Shown here: positions 51,322-64,000 of the stretch, piece by piece
How the letters are laid out: every line of letters begins with the position of its first letter
Position numbering within the stretch: position 1 is the stretch's first letter
From: Dictyostelium discoideum
Lineage: Eukaryota
Length of the DNA stretch: 64,000 nt
Assembly (NCBI GenBank): GCA_000004695.1
Contig: CM000150.2
Location: forward strand, 4,608,001 to 4,672,000
Direction: 5' to 3'
Notes under the pieces: generated by a model
The model's input: the letters and a program-made list of their open reading frames with translations, nothing else
Told to the model about the DNA's origin: nothing
The model's database searches: none
Position numbers and translations under genes: made by a program

Positions 51322-52875
51322 TAATTTTGATTCTGATTGTTGGTCAGCAATATTTGAATTTCTTAACCATAAAATTAAATTTGTTCTTTCACCACTTGTT
51401 AAACCTAATGCACCATGACGATGAACACCAATATGAATTAAAGCTACACCTGGAATATGTTTGAATTCAAAGTATTCGTTATGAGTTTCAGGTTTATCTA
51501 AAATTCCTTTAAAGTATAAAGAACCGCCAGTGAATTCGCTACCTAAACATAAATTTACAGTTATATCAGATTCATCATAATGGAAACCTAATTCTTTTTC
51601 TTTATCCATTTTATATTGAACTGCAAATGCATGATGACTATTTAACTTTTCACCATTGTAATCTTTATATAGAATTGATGTGAATAATGATAAATAATCT
51701 TCTCTAAGTTGTTTAAAAAACTCGGTGAATCCCATTTCATCCAATACTGCGCCATAATTATTCATAGAGTTTGGTCTTGCTGTTGGTAATCCTGTATTTT
51801 TAAAATTTTCGATCTCTTCTAATAATTTACTAAAATAAAAATAAAAATGAAAATAAAATTAAAATTAAAATTAGATTTTTTTACTTTTGTTAATCAATTA
51901 TAATAATAATAAAATTAAATTACATACGTGCAAAATTCCATTGTAAATATTCTAAAAGAATAAATTCTAGTTTCAGTTAATTTCGTTAATGCTTTTAAAA
52001 GGTCATCTTGGTTTTTAGTTTTCTTATATTGTTTAATTGGTTCTATGAAATCTTTATCAAAATACTCTTCTCTCAATTCAAAAATTTCTGGATATTTTCT
52101 TTTATATAATTTCGAAATCATATTAATTCTAGCCTCTCTCATTTTTAATAGTTTATTAAATCCTATATTATATTAAATATTAAATATTAAATTGGAAAAA
52201 AAAAAAAAACTATTAGTATAAAAAAAAAAAGAAATAATAAAATTGAATATAATTACCATTTTGTGAATTTTGAATACGCTTTAGTTCTGATTTGGTTGCG
52301 TTATGATGCTTTGAACAACATTGTTGCGAATCTTCATTGTCATCATGTTCATGATGACCATCAGTATTACAACATCCCTTATGTTCGTGTTGGTGATGCT
52401 CATGCTCATGCTCATGCTCATGATCATTGTCATTGTCATGTTTTTCGTTGTGTGTTTCATCTTCATCAGCATCATCATCACTTTCGTCGGTATCACTATC
52501 TAAATCTTTCTCCGATACAATAGTATAGGTTTTATTTGGTACCAAATCATAATTATTATCCTCATCTGGGAAGTATTCTTCACCATTTCCGTCTACAACG
52601 ATGAGACCTCCTTCAGTTTGAAATAAATCATCCAATATATCTTTGGTTGAATATTTTTTGGCCAATCTTAATTCTCCATAACCTTTTTTTAAAATTGTAT
52701 AAATAATAATAAAAAAAAAGAAAAAAAATAAAAAAAGAAAATAGTTAATAAAAATGATATTGTTTTTTTTTTTTTTTTTAATATTCTATTACTTACCCAA
52801 ACTTGTGAAATGAATAATTTCATTGTTGATGTTGTTGTTATTGTTGTTGTTTGAAGAAGAAATTGAAGTTGTCAT
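51316..52875 (-). CDS. 2OG-Fe(II) oxygenase (PKHD/PiuC-type, PF13640-like) with N-terminal Asn tract and His/acid-rich region (4 exons)
   Basis: Exons 52875..52797, 52682..52257, 52162..51928, 51829..51316, all GT..AG (GTAAGT, GTAATT, GTATGT) with phases consistent. The His-rich ORF (track 52213..52665, ...HEHEHEHEHHQHEHKGCCNTDGHHEH...CCSKHH) ends only about 70 nt before the 'start' of the oxygenase ORF (track 51915..52142), and a GTAATT..TATAG intron joins them in frame. The oxygenase part carries HYDESD...H.HG...GERTNLILW (HxD...H, R), the Fe/2OG ligand pattern. Confidence 0.55.
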
Positions 52876-53546
52876 TTTGTTTATTATTGAGTTTTAAAAT
52901 TATTATTGGAAAGTTATTTGTTTATTTGTTTGAATAAAAAAATTATTTAGAACTTATATATATATATATATTTAATATTATTTATTTAAATTTGAATATA
53001 AAAATAAAAAAATAAAAATAAAAAAAATATTTTGTTTTAAAATTTTAAGTGGGAAAGGGGGTGTGTTATTATTATTATTATTATTATTATAATTATTTTT
53101 ATTATAATTGTTTTTTGCTTTATTTTAAAAATATAAAAGAAAAGAAAAAAAAAAAAAAATTTTATTTAGTTATTTTTAAAATATCTATGCTTTTTTTTTA
53201 ATATCTATAAAAAGGTAATCGATTTTTTTTTTTTAATTTTTTAATTTTTTTTTATTTTTATTTTTAAATTAAAAAAAAAACGATTTCAATTTTTTTTCTT
53301 TTTTTTCTCATTTTTATTTTTTTTTTATTTTTTTATTTTTTTATTTTTTTTTATTTTTTTATTTTTTTTTTTTTTTTAATTTAAATTTGAAATTAAAAAA
53401 TGAAAAAAAAAAAATGGAAATAAAGAAAATAAATTAATTAATTAACCTGATTATTCGGATTTTAGGAAAAAACCATGAAACTTGAATTAAATAATTATTT
53501 AATTAAAAATAATATTTTTTTTATTACTCTGTTTTTTTAAATATTA

Positions 53547-54128
53547 TCAAAAATTATTTAATATTGTTTTCTCAATTGTTTGTAAATCTGATCCAGCTTT
53601 AGTTTGGCAAAAATACAAAAATTAAAAATTAAAAATTAAAAAAATAAAAAAATATGGGGTTAATAAATAAATAGATAAATAAATAAAAAAAATAAAAAAC
53701 CAAATACATACAATACTCTGATATTTTAGAACCATTTTTTAAAAAAATGAAATGAAGAACGGTGGATAACTTTGAAATCAATGGATGAATCAAACTTTGG
53801 ATATCTACTTTTAAGAAATTAACTGTTGGATATTGTTCACTTAATTTTGAAAAAGGTTGTGAAATCATTCTACATAACTATTAATAATATTAAAATTAAT
53901 ACAAAAAAATATTTAAGTTGCACTTTAATATTAAATTTAAAACATAATTGCCTGGATTTTTTTTTTTTTTTAAAAAAAAAATACTATTATTATAAAAAAA
54001 AAAAAAAAAAAAAAAAAATATTTATAATACTTACATTTTAATGAACTGTAAAATACAAAAACATATATAGACCTGTTTAGATAAAAGTCTAATTCTTGAG
54101 ATGAATTTATAATTATTACTTTTTCCAT
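53547..54128 (-). CDS. thioredoxin-fold protein with degenerate active site (3 exons)
   Basis: Exons 54128..54031, 53869..53712, 53596..53547. The product is MEKVIIINSSQELDFYLNRSIYVFVFYSSLKCKMISQPFSKLSEQYPTVNFLKVDIQSLIHPLISKLSTVLHFIFLKNGSKISEYSGSDLQTIEKTILNNF. It is collinear with thioredoxin (MxKVxxIxSxxEFDxxL....VVDFxAxWCGPCKMIxPxFxxLSExYxxVxFxKVDVD....MPTFxFxKNGxKVxExxGAxxxxLExxI). The WCGPC active site is reduced to LKCK. The first donor is the weaker GTATTA; the canonical GTAAGT 4 nt upstream breaks the frame. Confidence 0.5.
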
Positions 54129-54178
54129 TTTGTTAATGAAAAAAAATTCAAATAAATGAAAAAAAAAAATTCAAATAA

Positions 54179-54214
<36 letters not shown>

Positions 54215-54404
54215 AAAAGTAGTGTTTCATAATTTACCTTTTTTATATAGATTGTAATGTTTATTTTTATTGTTTTGATAAAATAATAATTTAAACTTTA
54301 TTAATAAAAACATTCAAGTTTGAGACTTTTTTAAAACTTTTAATTTTAATTTTTATTTTTATTATTTTAAAACTTTTAATTTTTATTTTTATTATTTTAA
54401 AAAA

Positions 54405-58147
<3,743 letters not shown>

Positions 58148-58182
58148 TTATTACTTGTCTATTATAGAGATACAAAGATAGG

Positions 58183-58215
<33 letters not shown>

Positions 58216-59183
58216 CCGAACGACAAAAAAAAAAAGGTTTTTTCAAATAATTATTTTTAATTTTTTTTTATTTTTTTATTTTTTTTATTTTTTTTTTTTA
58301 ACTGAAGTGTAATTAAAAAAAAAAAAAAAAACAGTGTTGTTGGAATTGTGATTAAAATGTTCTAGGGCATAGTTGGTTTTCCGATTATCAAGAGTGTAAT
58401 CAATTGGATCAAAGGTTTTTGAATTTATATTGGAACTCTCATCAGCTGTGCTTAAAAAATCATTATCATTTGATTTTTGTTGGTAATAGAAATACCATTG
58501 TTCACAATCCCACAATTAATTTAAAAAGCCACTTGATGAAATCTATTTATTTATTAACTCATTTCCTAAAAGAATATTCAGTAAACTCGATTTCAACAAA
58601 TTTCCTTTTTTTTTTTTTTTTTTTTTTTTTGTCAGATCAATGGATATTAGTTTGAATAAATATTTTTTAGTTTTTTAGTTTTCTTTTTTCTTTATCATTT
58701 CAAAGGGTGTCATTTTATTTCGACATTTATTGGGTAAAAAATAAAAAAAATGATAAATATCTTTTATTTTGGATTTTAACCCAATGTTACGTTTGTTTCA
58801 AAAAAAAAAAATAAAAATATATTTTTTCAACAATTTTTTTTTTTTTTTTTTTTTTTTTAAAATTTTTTTTTTTTTTTTTTTTTTATTTCAACAAATAATA
58901 CCAAAAAGATAAAAATAAAAATTTACTTAACCTTTGTATATTAGTAGTTTTTCTTTTTTTATTTAATAGAAAAGAAAAAAGAAAAAAAGTATCAACTTTA
59001 TAAACCATTAAAGATTGTTTCTCATCTTCATCATTCTTCATTCATAATTGTGGTCATTATTGGTATCATAAATAGAATTAATTTTAGTTTAATATAATTT
59101 CGTAAAAATACACATAAAATATAAAAATACATTAAACAATAATCATTCTTCATTCATCATTCATCATTATCATTTTTTAAAAT

Positions 59184-59553
59184 ATGGAATATAATACAAT
59201 TTTAAACAATACAAGTAAAACAAGAGTATGTTATTTCTTTGATCAAGATGTTGGTAATTACTTTTATGGTCCTTATCATCCAATGAAACCTCATCGTTTA
59301 TGTTTAACAAATAATTTAGTTTTAAACTATGGTTTACATAAGAAAATGCATCTTTACAAAGCTAGACCTGCTGATGCTGAAGATATGTTGAAATTTCATT
59401 CTGAAGATTATGTTGATTTTTTAGAAAGGTATTTATAATAACTATTATAATAATTATCATTATTTATTTTAATTCTAATTGTAATTTAATTTATATTTAC
59501 TTTATATGTAATAATAAAAATAAATTACAAATTCAATTCAATTCAAAAAAAAA

Positions 59554-59602
<49 letters not shown>

Positions 59603-60673
59603 ATAATAAAAAAAAGAGTTACACCAGAAAATATTAATGAATGGAAAGATGTTAAAAGGTTTCATATTGGAGAGGATTGTCCAGTATTTCCAGGATTGTA
59701 TGATTATTGTTCAATTTATTCAGGTGGATCAATTGAAGGAGCGTTAAAATTAAATCATAGGATGTATGATATTGCAATTAATTGGAGTGGTGGATTACAT
59801 CATGCAAGAAAGGATGAAGCATCTGGTTTCTGTTATGTAAATGATATAGTATTGGCAATTTTAGAACTTTTGAAATTTCATGCACGTGTACTCTACATTG
59901 ATATCGATGTTCATCATGGCGATGGTGTTCAAGAGGCATTCTATCTAACTGATAGAGTTATGACTGTAAGTTTTCATAAATTTGGTGGTGATTTCTTTCC
60001 TGGTACTGGTGATATCGATGAAATTGGTGCTAAAACTGGTAAACTCTATTCTGTAAATGTACCATTAGCTGATGGTATTGATGATAAAAACTATTTAAAT
60101 ATTTTTAAACCTGTAATTCAAGTAAGTAATTAATAAATAATAATAATCAAGTTCAATAAAAATACTAATAATAATAATAATAATAATGATTAATAAAAGG
60201 GAGTAATGGATTATTATAGGCCATCAGTTATAGTATTACAATGTGGAGCAGATTCATTAAGATTTGATAGATTAGGTTGTTTTAATTTAACAATTAAAGG
60301 TCATGCAGAATGTGTTAGATTTGTAAAGAGTTTTAATATACCAACCTTGGTATTGGGTGGTGGTGGCTATACAGTTAGAAATGTAGCAAGATGTTGGACT
60401 TATGAAACATCAGTTTGTGTAGACACTGAAGTTAATAATGAACTACCATACAATGATTACATTCAATTCTATAGTCCCGATTTTCAATTGATACCTGATT
60501 ACACTGGTTTACCATTTAAATATGAAAATGCAAACACCAAGTCTTATTTAGAATCTCTCAGAATTAAAATTTTAGAAAATTTAAGAATTTTACAATGGGC
60601 ACCAAGTGTTCAAATACAAGATGTTCCACCTGATATAATGCCAATTGATTTTGATAGAGATGAAGATTCAAAA
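59184..60673 (+). CDS. class I histone deacetylase (RPD3/HDAC1-2 type), at least 3 exons
   Basis: Exons 59184..59428, 59617..60121, 60200..60673. The product follows HDAC1 closely ([101 protein letters not shown]). A perfect GTAAGT follows DEDSK at 60674. The only in-frame acceptor found (60808) gives a 4-codon terminal exon 60809..60823 (GKYG*), so the true C-terminus is uncertain. Confidence 0.8.
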
Positions 60674-60684
60674 GTAAGTTGGAG

Positions 60685-60716
<32 letters not shown>

Positions 60717-60891
60717 ATTATTATTATTATAAAAAAAAAAATATCCAGGGTTGCTAATAGATTTTTTTATTTTTTTTATTTTTTTATTTATTTATTTATA
60801 AAAATTAGGAAAATATGGATAAAAGAAAGAAAAAGCATAATGATTTTAGTTGACACCCAAAAGCAAAGAATGAAAGAACGAAAAGAATGGG

Positions 60892-60924
<33 letters not shown>

Positions 60925-61473
60925 AGACCACAATCAAAAGATTTGTTGTTCTACTTTGCCAAATGATGTTTTTTTTTATTTTTATTTTATTTTTTTTTTT
61001 TAGAAATTTTGACTTTAATAAAGATTAAAAAAAAAAAAAAAATTGCAAAGATACTGTTGTAAATACTGCTACCCAAAAAATTCGTTTTTTTTTTTTTACT
61101 TTTAAAATTTTATTCCCATTTGCTGAAACCTTTTGGTTTTAAACGAAAGACACAACGAGATCAACACAATCACGGTTTTTATTTTTACTCTAATTTTTAT
61201 TTTTATTTTTTTTTATTTTCATTTTTTTTTTTTTTTTTTTATCGTCTGGGATGATTGGGCGAATTTTTATTTTTAACTACAACACGAGAAATTTTTTTTT
61301 TTTTTTTAAATAATTTCAAGGAAGTGGTGGAAAATTAAATTTGATTGGGTCATTTTTTATTCTATTTTTAAAATTTTTAATCACACCATTAATTAAATTT
61401 TAAATTAATTAATTAATTAAAAAACCGTTTACCCAGGTAATTTTTACTAATTTCTGTTTTTGCACAAAACACA

Positions 61474-61523
61474 GAAAAAAACGTCAAAACATAAATTTTA
61501 GAAACAACTTGTTGACGTTTTTA
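61474..61523. promoter_or_regulatory. perfect 11-bp inverted repeat AAAAACGTCAA...TTGACGTTTTT with 25-nt spacer (hairpin / palindromic site)
   Basis: aaaaacgtcaaaacataaattttagaaacaacttgttgacgttttt. The arms are exact reverse complements. It sits in a GC-richer intergenic pocket between the HDAC 3' end and the Rap-like gene. Confidence 0.35.
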
Positions 61524-61709
61524 ATATTAAATTTTTTAACTGAAAAAAAAAAAGTGTTATAATTCCATTTTAATAGCATTCATTGTATTGATTATTATAA
61601 TAAGGGAATCAATCACCAAAAAATATCCAAAAAATAAAAAAAAATAAATAAAAAAAAATAAAAAAAAAAAATTAAATCCTAAAATTGTGGCGATTGTTTT
61701 ATTTTTTTT

Positions 61710-61758
<49 letters not shown>

Positions 61759-62321
61759 GATGATGGGCAATCGTGAGAAGAATCTAAAAAAAAACTTTTT
61801 TCCCACCCAATAAAAATCTTTTTATCGTTTTTGTGAACCAATGAGCTATCAGTTTTTTACTTGAAAATGGATTTTTTTTTTCTTTTTTTTTTAATTTTGA
61901 GTTATTTTTTCAGTCGAATCATTTGATGATTTTTTTTTTTCACTTTTTTTTTTTTTTTTCAATTTTGATTAAAAATCAAAAATCAATTATCATAATCCAT
62001 TTTTTATTAAATTATTATAATTTTATTAAATTTTTTTTTGTTTGTCCCAATATCAAAAAAAAAAAAAAAATTAAAAAATAAAAAATAAAAAATAAAATTA
62101 AATATTGGTAATAACACCTTAAACACAATAATTTGTAAAATAAAATAAAAGATAAATAAATAAAATTTTAAATAAATAAAAAAATAAATAATTAAATTAT
62201 TAAATAAATAAAATAAAATAAAATAAAATAAAATAAATTAAAATAAAATAAAATAAAATAAAATAAAATAAAAACAAAAATAAATAAAATATATAAATTT
62301 AATAAAATAAAATAAATAAAA

Positions 62322-62514
62322 ATGCAAACCTATAAAGTAGTTGTTTTGGGCGCAAGTGGTACTGGTAAGACTTCATTAACTGTTAGATTTGTCAATGGTG
62401 ATTTCGTTGAGACAGTATGTATAATTAAATAATCCACAATATTATAATTTTTTTTTTTTTTTTTCATTCTTGCTTTCCTAAAAAAAAAAAAAAAAAATAA
62501 AAATAAAAATAAAA

Positions 62515-62595
<81 letters not shown>

Positions 62596-63453
62596 TAATA
62601 ATAATAATAAAATCTAACCGTCATCTTTATAATTTTATTTTTATTTTTATTTTTATTTTTTTTTTTTATTTATTTTTTTAATTTATTTTTTCCTTATTTA
62701 TTTTTTTAGTATGATCCAACAATTGAAGATTTATATAGAAAAGTAATTGAAACTAATAAAGGTGAACATATTATGTTAGAAATTATGGATACATCTGGTA
62801 CAGAAAGATATTTGGCAATGAGAGATTTATATATAAGAAATGCCCAAGCTTTTGTATTGGTTTATTCAATTACATCACGTGTTAGTTTATTAGAACTTGA
62901 AAATATTAAAAATTATATTTGCCAAGTTAAAGATAGACCAATTTCACAAATTCCAATGGTTGTTTTGGGTAATAAATGTGATTTAGAAGATACACGTGTT
63001 GTTTTTCCAGAAGAAGTTGAAGCATTGACTAAAAAGTGGGGTATTGAAGATTTCTTGGAAACATCAGCCAAAATAGATATGAACATCCAAAGTGCCTATG
63101 ATTGTCTAACACTTCAATTAATGTCAAAACAATCATTTTTAAATGGATCATCCAATGGAAAAGATAAAAAAGATAAAAAAGAAAAGAAAACTCATAAAAA
63201 AGATTCTGGCTCCAATAACTCTTCAATTAATAGTAGTAGCTCCTCTTTATCAGTTTCTGGTGGTTCAAATTTAAGTATCAGTAGTAGTTGTAGTTCAAGT
63301 TCATTTTCTAATCTAAGTAACTCTACAAGTTCCACTAGTGTAAACAATTTAAATCAATCACAAACCAATGCTCCAATTAGAACTAAATCTAAAAGATCCT
63401 TAAAATCTGCCAAGGTTGACAAAAATCCAAAAGGAAAATGTTTAATCATGTAA
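62322..63453 (+). CDS. Ras-superfamily small GTPase, Rap-like, with long Ser-rich tail and CAAX box (2 exons, 278 aa)
   Basis: Exons 62322..62414 and 62710..63453, with donor aca|gtatgt and acceptor tttttttag|. It has the P-loop [19 protein letters not shown], a G3 DTSGTE (Thr at the Gln61 position as in Rap), LAMRDLY, NKCDL and ETSAK motifs. A roughly 110-aa Ser/Lys-rich extension precedes the CLIM prenylation box. This may correspond to the Dictyostelium Rap with a C-terminal extension (RapC). Confidence 0.8.
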
Positions 63454-64000
63454 ATAGTTTAAACCCAAAAAAAAAAAAACACAAAAAAACCACAAATCAA
63501 ATTATTTAATTTCTCGTCTCTTCCTGTATTTTACTCTTTATCCGTTGTAAAAAAAAAAATAACCAAAGTAGAACTTCATACGCCATCCCATTCAAACATC
63601 ATTGCCAAGTGTTGGGTAAACTCAGAGGGAAATCATTTGATCTTTAATATATCAAAAAAAAAAAAAAAGAATTCAAATGATTAATGGTACCTTCTTTAGA
63701 AACCAAATCTCGGATTATTCCTTTACATCATATATATTATTGTATTGGATTTAATTTATAATTATTTATATTTATTTATTAATTTGGAATTTCCAAAAAA
63801 AAAAAAAAAAAAAAAAAAATTAAATTTAATTATATATAATAATTAAATTTATATTTAAAATTTATAAAAATACAAAAATAAATAATTTTTTATAGTATTG
63901 TTAAAAGAATAAAGTTTTAAAATTTGGTTTTTTATTTATTTTTGTTTTTAATTATTAATAAAATAATATTAATCTTTCAGGTTCACAATTATTATAAAAT

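Noticed and set aside
52263-52523. Plus and minus small ORFs (52263..52523, 52281..52496, 52321..52503) rich in His/Met/Ile
   Set aside because: They are other-frame readings of the CAC/GAG-rich His-acid repeat region of the oxygenase-fusion gene.

Overview
This 64 kb window is about 78% A+T and reads as Dictyostelium discoideum-type nuclear DNA. It has long homopolymer and trinucleotide microsatellites, CAA/AAT-encoded poly-Gln/poly-Asn tracts inside ORFs, and short AT-rich introns with GTAAGT/GTATGT donors and pyrimidine-rich AG acceptors. It is a gene-dense eukaryotic chromosomal segment, not a prokaryotic locus; most prokaryote-style ORFs in the track are exon bodies or repeat/antisense artefacts. 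Splicing ORF pieces by hand gives about 28 protein-coding genes and two pseudogene fragments.

Genes recognised from sequence features:
- 40S ribosomal protein SA (rpsA)
- two convergent ELO-family fatty-acid elongase paralogs
- a CRIP-like LIM protein
- a CENP-X/MHF2 histone-fold protein
- an Atg13-like HORMA protein
- a Med27-like protein
- an FG-repeat nucleoporin (Nup54/57-like)
- an NDRG-family hydrolase
- a SPATA20-like protein
- a CTDC-repeat secreted protein
- an importin-4-like karyopherin
- a class I histone deacetylase
- a Rap-like GTPase
- a thioredoxin-like protein
- a 2OG-Fe(II) oxygenase that appears fused to a His/acid-rich N-terminal region
- a roughly 1,750-aa Cys-rich protein with a C-terminal 7TM domain
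- several secreted or hypothetical proteins

No tRNA, rRNA or CRISPR features were found. No intact mobile element was found, but the 50.3–51.2 kb region holds rearranged, decayed fragments of the neighbouring secreted-protein gene. All coordinates and splice models were derived by hand; exon boundaries are the least certain part.
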